A stretch of 64,000 nucleotides of DNA from Eledone cirrhosa (Eukaryota). Below, in pieces: positions 39,691 through 53,300 of the stretch. Position 1 is the first letter of the stretch. Each line of letters begins with the position of its first letter. The position numbers and the translations under genes are program-made. The notes beneath the pieces are model-generated. The model saw only the letters and a program-made list of their open reading frames with translations, had not been told where the DNA came from and made no database searches. The stretch lies in assembly GCA_964016885.1 (NCBI GenBank), contig OZ024742.1:209684001-209748000 (forward strand). Reading direction: 5' to 3'.

Positions 39691-40872
39691 TATACATACA
39701 TTTATATATATATATATATATATAGCTTTTCATCTTTGTCTGTGTCTACATAATGCAACAAAAATATATTTGCATTATTCGAATTGAAAAATATGATTTA
39801 GCAACGTATTTCAAGTATACATGTGTGTGTGTGAGTGTGTGTGTACATGAGTGTCTGATGATGCTTAAAATATGTTACCAATTTGCTTCCCTTTGTTAAA
39901 TTTCTCTTATGTAGCTTTTTTTTTATCTGTATCTTTATCCATTATTCATTCTATCTGTAAAATTACTGTATATTTTCGCTGTTCAGCGAGAAACATTCCA
40001 TTATTTTCCCAGGATGCAATATGTTACTCCTAACCTCTGTTGAATTCATCCTATTCCTGCGTCAATTATATGACCCAAATGCCCTCAAATGCTGACAAAT
40101 TTCTAGATTGCTTCTAAATTGATAACCAATTCACCGTAGCAAATAAAAGCATGGTAGAATATTTCTATACTAAATGATATAAAAGGTATGATATAGAACA
40201 TTTTCCATAGAAAAGCTTAATAAACCAATTCAACATCTTTTGTAACAACTTTATAAATCGATCGTCTCCAAATTCTTGGAAGTGTCCAAGGATGTAATTC
40301 GATTTCTGATTAAGTAACAATACGAAGGCCAGCATGAAAGAGAGTGATAAAGAATGGATGTGTAGCGAGTAACAGTGGAAGAGAGCGAGGGGGGTGTGAG
40401 AAACCAGTAGATTGATATAGATAGATAGACAGATTTGAAAACGAGACAAAAGAAAAGAATAAGTTAATAAAAGAAAGAAAGATTGCTGTAACAAATGAGA
40501 GAAAAAAAAACAGAAAAATTAACGAAAATATATAGGGTTAATTGGATGAATAAAAGAAAGACAAAACAAAATTTGAATGAATGAATGAATGAAAGAAAGG
40601 AAAAGTGGCGTTAGAGGTATGTGGAAATATGAAAGCTGAAGCTAAAATTGCAAGACAACTTAACTTGAAAGAATAGAAAATTGGTGAATTATATACACCA
40701 AAATGGCTATAAATATTATTCAATGGAAATATTGATAATGTGTTGAGGATATCGATTGATTTTTAGTAAAAGAACCAAGATATCGATGATCATTAAACAA
40801 TAGGCAGTACATAAGTGATTGTCTTTAGTGTAATACTGGAATTATGACACTTTCCTCTTACTGTAGCCGTGT

Positions 40873-41070
40873 TAACAATGGTTTCTGATTTAGGAACAAG
40901 GTCAATAATTTCAGGAAAGAGAAAAGTCGATTAACTCGAGCCCAGCGCGTTACTGGTACTTTATTTTATCGACCACGTAAGAATGAGAAGCAAAGCTAAC
41001 TTCTGTGGAATTTGAATTCAGAACGTAAAAGGGCCGCAACTCTATGTCGCGAAGCAGGATGTCCCGCTTC
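40873..41070 (-). mobile_element. Diverged tRNA-derived SINE
   Basis: Matches the central domain (GGTACTTTATTTTATCGACC) and tail of the other copies. Confidence 0.75.
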
Positions 41071-41209
41071 TCGGGCTTTTGATTAAGACCAAAGTGTAGT
41101 TGTGTTAATAATGGAACAAAATCGGTTTAGGCGTTAAGATTTAACGCTCTTAACATCCAATAGAGCGTCACACATTTAAATAAACTTACTCATGTGTATT
41201 TGTTCAAGA

Positions 41210-41239
<30 letters not shown>

Positions 41240-41247
<8 letters not shown>

Positions 41248-42620
41248 CTGGAGCAGATTTGGGATAGAGCTTTTGCTACAAATAAATCAGGAAAAGCTAC
41301 GGAGGATTCCAAATGGCATACAACCGTTTGTAGCCATGGAGGGAGGTGGCCTGGGTGTTATATCTGCGGTGCAAACGCTCATCTAAGGGTTTTCTGCCCT
41401 AAACATGAAATAAAAGAACGTAAACCTGCTCCATTAACGACAGCAGCAACAAAACCAACAGCAGTCGTGCAGTCGTGCCTTGTTCTAGCCCACGTCTGAC
41501 GGCACTGAAATGTCTACTCTTTCGCTTTTTGTGGAGGGGGTCAGGTTCCATTGGTCAGGCGGTCTATCTGCTGTCAACACCCGCTACGTGGTGTATTGCA
41601 TATGTCGTGGTTGATGATGCGCAAATATGCGCTAAGGCTACAACAACTTCAACTTTTCCTTGATGGTGGACAGTTCGCTAAACACGTTTTTCCCCAACTC
41701 GTTTCCATAACGGAGTTGAAGTCTTGGGTCAAGCAAAGACTGAGAGGGTGCGCTTAGAGACTGGAATGTCTTCAAGCTCTCACAGCTCTCAACTGATCTG
41801 GCATTACGATCGGTGGAAACTCCACCTTAGCGTTGACCAGAATCAACTAGCCATTCTTTTACAGATGACTTTCGGTCCAGGGCCCATGGACAAATTCCAG
41901 AAATACCTGGCCTGGCAGTGCTACCGAGGAGCTTTGCCAGTTCGAAATAAATTCTACCGGCATGGAAGTGCCGTCAACCGGTCCTGTCCGAGGTGCGCGC
42001 ATGGTGACGAAAATGTCCTGAATGCACTCATCGAATGTCCGAGTATTGCTGACCTGTGGGTTTATGTCGAGCACATGCTGCCACGTGTAGGACGGATCTG
42101 ACTATCAACTGAGTCCATTGTGAAGATTGCTCCGCCATCGTCCTTTAGAGGAGAAGGACAGCAAGTTTCTATCTGCTCGGTAGCCATGGCGAAAAAGGCC
42201 TTGTGGTGGACATGTTTGAAAGGGTTGAAGACAGTATCTTTCCTCTTCGACGAAGCCCTGAATAACTTTTTCAGGTTTCACTTAAAGAGGAAAATCAGGG
42301 TGGAGATGGAAGTCCTGTCTTCCAGCAAGTTTATTGAAAGGTGGGTCAAAGTGGCGTTCATGGTCCGTGTGAATGGGCCCATCTTGAACATATGCCTGTA
42401 GATTGGAAGAGAACACTTTGCCCTAGAGGACAGGTTTTTTGTCGGATTTCTTCACAAGTGACACTTTGGGGAATTTGTTATATTTGCTTTTTTAAATGTT
42501 TATTTTCTTAGTCTCTGTTATGAATTCTATTTTACACAAAAAAAACACACTGTAACGTCCTGTACTGTCTTTAATGATTCCTTAATATGAGCCCTGTGTG
42601 GCTAATGAAGAAATTATTAT
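41240..42620 (+). mobile_element. Internally deleted Tx1 LINE (ORF1 knuckle joined to ORF2 C-terminus and 3' UTR)
   Basis: CYICGANAHLRVFCP, then near 41470 an abrupt switch to VVPC...FLWRG, WQCYRGALPVR, CPRC; ends GCCCTGTGTGGCTAATGAAGAAATTATTATT. Confidence 0.85.
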
Positions 42621-42624
42621 TGTT

Positions 42625-44238
42625 CTTTGAGTCTCACTAATTGATGTTATTTAACTGGAAAGTTTGTTGAAATGAATATCAGCCGCTACCTGCAGCCTCA
42701 CATATTCAGGACGTATCGGAGGGCTCTTGCTGTTCACAGCAAGCATTCTTTCGAAGTGTTCCAAAAAGCGGGGCTGGACTAATCTTCTTTAACCATCTTT
42801 GGAAACTCTTTGAGGTAGTACCTAGTGCGCCTATGACAATCGGGATGACCTTGATTTCATGGCAGTTCCAAATCCTTTTTACCTCCCACTTTAAATCCTG
42901 GTATCGATTAATTTTCTCCCTCCCCTTCTCTTGCACTCTCGTGTCAAATCGGCAGGCTACATCTGCAATCAGGCACGATCTTTTTTCCTTGTCCAAAACC
43001 ACCAGGTCAGGCCTATTGTGTTCTAATTTGTTGTCCGTCTGTATCCTAAAATCCCATAGCACCTTCACCTGATCGTTTTCTATCACCGCCTCTGGCTTAT
43101 GCTCATACCACTTCTCCGAATGTGGTAAATTGTTTACTTTGCATAGATTCCAGTGGATCACCCTGCATATCACATCATGTCTCCAGCCTTTATAGTGAGT
43201 CTGGGCTAGGTGTTTACACTCGGATACAATGTGAGCCACAGTCTCCTCTCTCTCCACAGATCCTGCACAGTGGGCTAGCCTCCCCCTTGTCAATATGGTG
43301 TTTCACCCACTTCGTTCTGAGGGTTTGCTCTTGCGCAGCCATTAGTATTCCTTCTAACTTTTTAAAGGTCTCCTCTTTTTTAACCAGTTCCATGTCTGTT
43401 GATCTCTAAATTCCGTTTTCTTAAAGAAGGTACTATGAAGGGATTTTTCATGAAGGCTGCTCTTCCTCCTTGTTGTTACTTCCTCCTTGGACATCCCCTG
43501 GTCTATTGTCTTCTCCTTCAGTACAATTTTCAGCATTGGCTCCCTACTGTCAGTCACATACTTGTGCAGGTTGTTTTTCTCCATCTGAACACAGTCCTCT
43601 ATGCTGATAAAACCTCTTCCACCTTCAGATCTATTTAAGTAGAGTCTATCGACATCACTTCTCTTCTGGAACATGCTGAATTTCAGAATTCCCGCACTGT
43701 ACCTAATAATAGACGCAGCTCGGGAATTTACTGCACTTATGACATTCCTACTATTTAGATGTGATTTTAATACGCTCCTTACTCTCCGAATGTACTCAGA
43801 TCTTATCAATTCCTTCATATTTTTGTTCTTGATGTCATCTGCCTCCAGAACACCTAAATATTTGTATCCCTCTTCAGTGTCAATTTCCATTATCATCTCA
43901 CCTGTTGGGACCTGGATTCCGTTGTTTCTGCTCAATTTACCCCTCCACACTTATTAATACCAAATTGCATACATATATCATTGCTGAAAATACGAACAAT
44001 GTCAACAAGTACATCCAACTCCTTCTCATTCTTCCCAAAGAGTTTAAGATCGTCCATGAAGAGGAGGTGGTTGATGGTAAGCTCTCCTTTTCCCAACTTG
44101 TATCCTGCTCTCCCTTTTCGCAATATAACGGTCAGAGATATCAGGGCAAGGACAAACAGCAGAGGGGACAAACTATCTCCCTGGAAGATACTTCTCTTGA
44201 TCTTCACGCTTCCCAATGATTCTCCACCCGATGTTAAC
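42625..44238 (-). mobile_element. 5'-truncated Dong/R4-clade LINE, same family as 7236-10327
   Basis: [58 protein letters not shown]; same 3' UTR. Confidence 0.92.
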
Positions 44239-44344
44239 TTTTTTTTTTTTTTACACGCAGAAATGCCCATTTGCACCGTTTTGTATCGTTCTGTACTGTC
44301 CTTAATGTCTACTTTGTGTAAACCCTTGTGGTTAATAAAGAAAG

Positions 44345-44376
<32 letters not shown>
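44239..44376 (+). mobile_element. Isolated Tx1 3' UTR tail with (ATT)n
   Basis: TTTACAC...CTGTACTGTCC...CCCTTGTGGTTAATAAAGAAAGCATTATTATT matches the 3' ends of the other Tx1 copies. Confidence 0.8.
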
Positions 44377-44377
<1 letters not shown>

Positions 44378-44378
<1 letters not shown>

Positions 44379-44565
44379 AGGGTGGTCGGTTGGCAGTATC
44401 GGTCGAGGGTTGGACGCCATGCTTTCTAGCATAGAGTTACGTCCCTCTATGATCTGAGTTCAAATCCCGCCGAGGTTAACTTTGCCTTTCATCCTTACGG
44501 GGTCGATAAAATAAAGTACAGTAATGTGCTGGGTAATTGCTGGCCTTGTGCCTAAAGTAGAAACA

Positions 44566-44601
<36 letters not shown>
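44378..44601 (+). mobile_element. tRNA-derived SINE with expanded (ATT)n tail
   Basis: A/B boxes, central domain and tail, then about 12 ATT units. Confidence 0.9.
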
Positions 44602-47600
44602 GGTCTAATCGGACGTCTTTTGCTAGCTCCCAGTAAGTCGCTTTATTTGCCTGTTAAAATTATTTGTTGTTAAATATTTCTTGTTGTGTGAGGGATATAA
44701 GCCCTTAGACTTTGCCCTGTGAAGGGAAAAGTATATTTGGGCCTTTTGGCCCAAATATTTGAACATTTTACTTTTAAAAAAAATTGTTTAAAAAATAACC
44801 TGGCTGAGCCCCCCCCCCCCCCCCCCCCCCGCAATATGTCTGCTGTCGTGTGACAACGGCGTAAAAGTTGAGAGGAGGAGGAGGGTTAGTGAAATTCATA
44901 CAACAGACACCACCACAAACAACGTGAACAAAGACAACACTGAGAACACTAATTTTGAAAAGATTACCACACCAACTACAACAATAACAGCGTCAACCAA
45001 AATACAGACAACAGAAAAAAATGACAACAAATGCAACAACGATATTAACACCACTAACAAGAAAATAAACTACGACAACACCAACAGCAACAATACAAAT
45101 TGCACCGAAAATAACAACAACGGTGACACCAACAACACAACCAACATTGATAACAGCAGTAACAACAGCAGTAGCAACAGCAACAGCACCAACAACAGCA
45201 CCAACAACAAGAGCAGTAGCAGCAGTAGCGGCAGCAATAATGGTGCCGCTGAAAATAGGGCTACTTCTTTCGCAGGTGTAGCCTGAAATATAGATACAGT
45301 GCTAGTCACGGAGGAGGAGATAGCAGTCGCAAGAGCCATTGTGTCAATAAACGACAATAGAGTTTCCCTGAAACCTCCACCCGATTTCTTCAAAGACCAG
45401 CAGCTGCGCACCGTGACTTACCACACCGTAAGCAAAATGTCACATCGGGTGGAGAGAGCCACGGAGGCTCAAATCCAAAAGGCCTTGGGTTGCGTCTGGG
45501 AGCGCAAAACCCACATAATCCGAGGCAAAACGTACGCCACAGTAGACGCGGGGTCCGATATGGAGCGTGAGGCGGGAGGGAAGTGGCAAACGGTCTGCCA
45601 CCAAAAAAATAAAAAATAAAAAATCTCTTAGCTTCACCCTCCAAAAGCGAAGGCAGACAAAGAGGGTTAAAGACTCCAAGGAGACATTCAGCAACACCAC
45701 TACCATCACCATCATCACCACAAGCATCACCACTAACAACAACCACAACACCACCAGCATCATCAAAAACACCAACATCGCAAATACAACAAAACACACA
45801 CACACCCAACAGCAACAAGAAGAAAACAGCAACAAAATCGCCCCTCCTCCCAAAATGTACACAGCCATAAACATAGCAAATAAAGAACTCATACAACATA
45901 TAAAGCAGCACACAGACATCACAGAAAAAAACTACTACACCCCACCAACACCAAGAACTCTTCCGACAAAAATAAGCATCATTGAAATCTCAATAGAACA
46001 GTACAAACTTTTAAAACAAAAATTCCGCAATGCAGTTGGAGACTTCAGAGGGTCGGTTACCAAGAGGATATACACCGACATCCTCTTGGAAACACCCATG
46101 ACCAGCCAAAGGGACGGTTCTACTGTCCCTTCACCAAACGATCAAGGTAAGTGATCCTTTCTCACTTACCCCGTTCCTCATCCAACATGGCCGTACTTAG
46201 AATAGGCAGTATAAATGTACGTGGCCTGAGGTCAGCTTGGAAGCAGGGTCACCTGCTGAACGACCTCAGGTCACTAAACATAGATGTGGTGGCCATCAGT
46301 GAGACCAGAATCTCCGAAGCACGAGCCTTCGCACCGATCTTCGGCGTCTACGATGTATACGCATCTCCCAGCCGTCCAGGGTCGGGGGAAGGGTTTGCCG
46401 TGCTTTTTCGGAGAGGCTTGGATCTCGCCATACGGGCCATCTTCCTGGACCCAGAAGGTAAGTCGATGGTGCTGGACGTGACCGGCAGCGAAGGCAATGC
46501 TTTAAGGCTAGTAGCCGTCTACGCCCCAACAGGGGCAGGACGGCCAGATTTGTTCAGACGTCTAGAGACCTTTCTTGGAACGTCCCGCTCTTTAGTGTTA
46601 GTAGGCGACTGGGACGGTATCTTAGATGCACGCTGGGATTATGTGGGGCTAGTAGACAGGGTAGGAAGGTGTAAAAGCCTCAACAACCTGCTCAGACGAT
46701 TTGAACTGTCTGACAGTTATAGACTGGATTATCCGAATGTGCCAATGTGGACATGGGTAAACCGCATCAGGTCATCCAGATCGTATTTAGATAGGGTATA
46801 CTGTAGGGAAACAGATAAGGCTAGTGTAGGTCGTCCACAATTTTAAGTAGTCGACTACACGGACCACAAATTTGTAATCTGTGAAATTGACTTAGATAGA
46901 CTCCATAGGCAAGGGCCCGGCTGCTGGAAGCTGAACGCGTCGTTCCCGGTGCGCAAATTTTATAGAGACCGGATTAGCGAATTAGTTAAGCGTGCGTTGA
47001 CGGTTGCGATCGTCAACAACAGGTGGTGGTTTACCCTGAAAAGGGCTATTAGAGTAGAATCGATAAGGTTTAGCAAAGGAGTAGTGATAGATAAAAATAG
47101 GGTAGAGGGAGAGTTAGTTAGAAAGCTAGAAGAGGCGTTTAGGACAGGCATCGCAACCGCCGTGCTTGCTGCGGGATTGGCACTCGACCAATTCTTCAAC
47201 GCAAAGAATGAAGGCTGAGTTGTCAGAACTAGAGCGCGAGCTCTAAGACACGAGGGGACGAAAGCCGTTCAATGGGCCCGGGTGGTGGAGACGCGACGTG
47301 GCAACAAGTCCTCAATTTGGTCTTTGCCTGTTTCAAAACGGGCGCATGTTGCTCGAACACGAGCGGATGTGTGTGGCTTTTCAACAGCACTTTGCTCAAT
47401 AGTTCGGGAGCGGCGGCGGGCCGGTTGGAGTATGGACTTCGGTGCATACCTCGACGGACTGCCGCTGCTCTCGACGACCGCAGCGCAGTGCTGCGAAAAG
47501 CCGATAACAGCAGGTGACATACAGAAGCGATTTCTGAAAGCACGAGGGGTAAATCGCTAGGTTTGGATGGTCTGCCCTACGAGATTTATGCGTATATGCC

Positions 47601-49840
47601 ATACTTGTTCGGCGACCTCTTGGCAGATGTCTACTGCAACTGGCAGCAGAACGGGAGCATTCCCAGTTTTGTAAGCCGGGGAGCGGTGGCGCTGCCGAGG
47701 AAAGACTCGAACAAGAGTGAGTTTATAGACAACTTCAGGCCCATAATTCTGCTAAATGCAGAGTTTAAGATTTTGGCCAAGGTGTCAGCAAAGAGATTGG
47801 CGCTTGTCGTCGGTGATCTGGTGGGAGTGGCGCAGACATGCGCCATTCCAGACAGATCCATCTACGACAACCTCCATCTCATGCGATACATCATAGAGAG
47901 GCTGGTTAGGGAAACTGGCACGGGTGGGACCCTGATCAACTTGGATCAATCTAAAGCATTTGATAGGGTCGACCATCGGTACCTGGCTGCGGTCCTCAAG
48001 GAGGCCGGCTTCGGGCCAGTTTTTAGGGGCTGGATCGCTGCGATGCAGAGCGACCTCTGCTCGGTTGTGAGGGTGAATGGTCACCTGTCACAGCCTTTCA
48101 GCATCAACCGCTCGGTCCGCCAGGGTTACCCCCTCTCGTCCCTCTGGTACGTACTGGCACTTGAGCCGTTACTGCACAAATTGGAGACGATGAGGGGGTC
48201 CCACGCGAACTAGGATGCGGGAGGTCCGTGTCAGGTTACGCTGTGTCAGGTCACCGTTGTGGTGTCGAGCACCAAACACGTCCAGATGCTCGGCACCGCT
48301 CTCAAGGAATACGAAGCGGGGGCAGGAGCAAAGATAAACCAGGAAATATCGGTGGGCTGGCAACTCCGCACTTGGAGAGGCAAGTCTATGCTGTCCGACT
48401 GCGTCGTGGGGCGCTGGACAGAAGGACCGGTTAAATTGCTCTGGGTCTGGTTAAGTCCGGACCTCCAGATAAAGAAAAATTGGACCGAGAGGAGTCTGTC
48501 TCTGAAAGGTCGGGCGGAGGTGGCGAAAGCGTACATAGCGTCAGTCATCTGCTATCGCCTCACTGTCGTACCTTGCCCCTGCCCAACTCTGACCAAAATG
48601 GAGCGCCATCTCTTCCGCTTCTTATGGAAGGGACGTACTCCCATGATCAGACGATCCCTTTGCTGTCAACTCCCTTTGCGTGAATGACTAGACATGCCGT
48701 CGCTGATGATGCACAAACATGCACTGAGACTGCAACATCTCTGGTGCTTCTTTGATGGTGAACAGGTGTGGTCGCCCTTTGCCAAACGCGCTTTTCCCCA
48801 GCTCGTCTCCTTGACGGAGCTGCAGTCCTGGATCAGGAAAAGACCGAAAGGATAGCGCTTGGAAGCTGGAATTTCTCCAAGCGCTCACCGCCCTCTATCA
48901 GCTGGGCACTGGTATCGGTGGAATATCCACCTCGGCGTTCTATAGAGGGCTAGTGGAAGGAAAGAGCGACGACGTTCTCGGGGAGACCCTGGGCGTCGAA
49001 GTCGATCAGCTGTTTGCTCTCTTCAAGAGAACTTTCAGACCGGGGTGTATGGACAACTTCCATAAATCCCTGGTCTGGCAGTCTACTGGGGAGCGTTCCC
49101 ATTTCCCGATAAGCTCTACAGACACGGAGGTGCTGTCAGCTGAGCCTACCGAGATGCACGCAGGGCGACGAAACCACCCTGCACGCACTCGTTCAGTGCC
49201 CGAGGATTGCTGACTTGTGGAGCTATGTCGAACAGCTGCTGTCGCATGTAGGAAGGATCCGGTTATCGACTGAGTCCATTGTGCAGATAGCCCCGCCATC
49301 CTCCTTTAAAGAGGAGGAAGGGCAGGCAGTTTTCATCTGCCTGGTGACCATGGCGAAAGAGATTGTGTGGTGGACAAGATTGAAAGGGTTGAAGACGGAC
49401 ACTTTCCTCTTCGGCCAATCCCTGATTAACTTTTTCAAGTTTCACTTGAAGAGGAAAATCAGGGTGGAGAGGCAAGTGTTGTCTTCTAGTAAGTTTGTTG
49501 AAAGGTGGGTGAAAGTGGCGAGTCTGGTCCCAGTGAACGGGCCCGCTCTGAGTATGCGCCTGTAGACTGAGAAGTGGGAAAACTGAGAGAGGGCGCTTGC
49601 TCTGGTGGTCAGGGTGGCCGTGGCCTTTTGGTGTGGTTTTCGCCACGAGTGACCCTCGGAGGTTTCCCACTTTTGGGGAATTTTTGTTGTTTGAATTTTT
49701 TTGATTTCTAGCCCAATTTTGTTAGAACCTGTTTACACGACCAAAACCCACTTTGTTATCGTCCTGTACTGTTCTGTGCCGTCGCTAATGTTTTTTTCTT
49801 CTTGTCAGCCCTTGTGGCCAATAAAGTAACCATTATTATT
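44602..49840 (+). mobile_element. Tx1 LINE with 5' end, ORF1 type A (internally deleted), degenerate ORF2
   Basis: Asn-rich ORF1 start, VSLKPPPDFFKDQQL shared with the 27.8-33.5 kb copy; ORF2 from ATG 46187 to TAG 49565 with APE and RT motifs; flanked by (ATT)n. Confidence 0.95.
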
Positions 49841-49842
49841 TC

Positions 49843-50224
49843 TGGCTGGCAGTATCATTAGCGAATCGGACGCCATGCTTTGACGCATAGTTACGGCACT
49901 TGCCATTCTGAGTTCAAATCCCGCCGAGGTTAACTTTGCCTTTCATCCTTACGAGGTCGAGAACATAAAGTACCAATAATGCACTGGGTAATTGCTGGCC
50001 TTGTGCCAAAAGTAGAAACAATTATTTCTGTTATGGGCGGTGGATTGGCAGTATCGGTAGAGGGTCGGACGCCATGCTTTGACGCATAGAGTTACGGTCC
50101 TTGCCATTCAGAGTTCAAATCCCGCCGAGGTTAACTTTGCCTTTCATCCTTATGGGGTCGATAAATTAAAGTACCACTGCTTAATTGCTGGCCTTGTGCC
50201 AAAAGTAGAAACAATTATTATTTC

Positions 50225-50260
<36 letters not shown>
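49843..50260 (+). mobile_element. Two tandem tRNA-derived SINEs (about 49843-50027 and 50036-50222) plus (ATT)n
   Basis: Two B boxes (GAGTTCAAATCCCGCC), two central domains, two tails. Confidence 0.88.
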
Positions 50261-50265
<5 letters not shown>

Positions 50266-50320
50266 AATAAATAATAAATAAATAAATAAATAATAAAGAA
50301 AACATTATTATTATTGTTAT

Positions 50321-53300
50321 TGGGTCTGAACGGACGTCTTTTTGCTCGCTCTCGTAAGTTTATTTATTTAACTGTCAAAATATATTTATTGAATTTTTTG
50401 TTGTTGTGTAAGGCATACAAGCCCTTGGACTTTGCCAATATTTGAACTTTTTTACATTTTAAAAAATTATCGAGAAAAAAAAAAAGAAAACATGGCCATA
50501 CCCTCCAGCGATATGTCTGCTGTCGTGCGACAACGACGTAAAAGTTGAGAGGAGTGCTACCGCGAAATTAACAGAAATTGATACAACAAACACCACCACA
50601 AACAACGTGAACAAAGACAGCAATGATAACAACACTGAGAACTCTAATTTTGAAAAAAATGAACAGTAACAGCGACAACCAAAATACAGATAACAAAAAA
50701 ATTGACCACAAATGCAACACCAATATCAACACCACTAATATGAAAACAAATAGCGACAACACCAACAGCAATAATACCAACTGCACCGAGAACAACGGCG
50801 GCACAAAAGACAACAATGATAACAGCAACAATGATAACAACAACACCAACAAGAACAACGACAACAACATCACCACCAACAACAACAAGAAGAAAACTTT
50901 CGCTGCGGCAGCAGCCAAATAGAGGCCATGCTTCAGCATGGACCTCTCAAACAAAGATGAAAAGTTGGCCCAGGCCTCGAAGTTCATCAAGCAAGAGCAA
51001 ACCTGGGCCAACTTAACTGTCCCGGTAGAAGCTATTGAGGCAGTGGAGCGCAGAACGGTGCATTATAGATGCATCTCAGCACAAACCAAAAGGGCAGCTT
51101 TAATTCCACAAGCAGATGTCGAAGTCGCGCTGGGGTGCATCAGGGATGACACCGAATGCATAGCGAGGGGCAGACAATACAGCACCATTTCGGTGCTGTT
51201 TAAGTCAGAAGCCCTCGCTATGAAACACGCTATGACACCTTGCAAGGTCATAATGTACCCCTCCCACATGGGAAAAAGAACGGCCCGTCTCCGCATTTCC
51301 AGAATTCCACCAGGACTTGACATGTGGTGGCTTCTGGGATGTGTCATTGTGGAGGGAACGGATACCGTCCCGATAGAAGTGACAAGAACTGCCAGAGAGG
51401 ACTGGTCCGGGGTTGACCTGGAGATACTTCTCCAGATCAGGCCGGAGAATGTGAAGACAATCCCGGACCACATCCGCCTTCAGAATGGGACGGTCATTCA
51501 TATTATGACAGAGGGCAAAAGGGCGCATTGTTTTGGTGTGTGAAAAAAATCCATTTGCGAGCCTTCTGCCCTCAACTGCTGAAAGATGCAAGGGGTTGAA
51601 GGGCTCCACTGCTGCCGACGCCGAGGTGAGGACCACAACCAACACCAGCACCGGCAAAACCACCAGCAACAACACCAATAGAAAGACCACCACCAACATT
51701 GACCAGCCAGGGGGAAAACGAGGAAAGTTGTCAAATTCCCCCTCCCCCCAGAAATACACACATCAATAAAAACATAAACACACACACAGACACACTTACA
51801 GACACAGACCCCTCATCTACCAGTAGTGAAGATGAGGGAAAACCAAAATCCCCCAAAATACAAAAAAGAAAACACAAAGGTAAAAAAAACTCAACAAAGC
51901 ACAAAAGCACCCACAATTAAAAATGCAGACAGCCACCACGCAAACATCTCCCCAACAACACCAACAACAACACCACCATCACCAGAATCCCCCCCCCCCC
52001 AAACGCAAACAACCTAAACAGACGCAAGAACAAATACACACACAAACATCTGAAACCACAGACACCGCACTCACAACAAACACAGACACAACCGAAACAA
52101 CACCATCAAAACCATCACCACCACAGCCACGCAAACAAATAAAATCACACCAAAAAAACATACAAAACTTCGTGCTCGTCAGGAGGGCCAACAAGGAACT
52201 GATTGCCCTCGTAGCACGAAGTGAAAATATACAAAAAGAGGGGGAAATTTTTAAATCGAGCACATTTCACGTGCCGGAAGATTTGTTTCTGGTGCGAATG
52301 TCGCTCGATTTATACAAAGAGATACGAGACAGCTTTCCTCGGGACGTGGGAACCCCGAACGTAAAACCCACTTCAAGACTTCTAAAGGGGTTCCCAAAAG
52401 AAACCCCACCAACTATGGAGGTCGAACAATCCGACCTTCACAAGATCCCGGAAGGTAAGTAAACCTTTCCTCTCTCTCTTTTTAACCTGCCAACATGGCC
52501 TTATTAAGAGTAGGAAGTTTAAATGTTCGAGGCCTGAGATCGTCCTGGAAGCTGGGTCACCTGCTCAACAACCTCAGGTCTCTAGAAATGGATGTAATTG
52601 CCGTCAGCTAGACCAGGATTTCCCACACGCGCGCACTAGCCCCCATTTTCGACAACTATCAGATCATTGCATCTGCTAGTCGGCCGGGAATGGGAGGTGG
52701 GGTGGCAGTGTTGTTTAGGAAAGGCCTGGATCTTGAGGTAAGGTCAATCTTCCGGGACCCGGACGGGAAGTTGGTGGTCCTGCACGTGAACAATAACGAA
52801 GGTGGTGCCTTTAGACTAGTGGCCGTCTACGGGGATTTGGTTGGGGAAGCGCAAACTTGCGCAATCCCAACCAGGTCCATACACGACAACTTCCACCTAA
52901 TGCGATATATCATAGAGAAGGTACGGTGTAAACCTGGCTTCGGTGGGGCCCTGATCAATTTAGATCAATCGAAAGCATTCGATAGGGTCGACCATCGGAA
53001 CCTGGAGGCTGTCCTCAAGGCGGTTGGCTTCGGCCCCGTCTTCAGAAGCTGGATCGCTGCAATGCACAGCGGCACCTGCTCGGTGGTCAAAATTAATGGC
53101 CACCTCTCGGAACCGTTTCAGGTCTCCCGATCGGTTCGTCAAGGGTGCTCACTCTCCTCCCTTCTATACGTATTGACTCTCAAGCCTTTACTGCGGAAGC
53201 TGTAGCTGTTGCAGAGCAGCCCGCTCGAACCGGAACGCGGAAATACTGTGTCGGCTTATGCGGACGACATCACCGTGATGGTGTCGGACACCTCAGCAAT

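Noticed and set aside
39855-39880. CTGATGA motif; similar isolated cores near 18570 and 38460
   Set aside because: No stem II plus GAAA arrangement follows.
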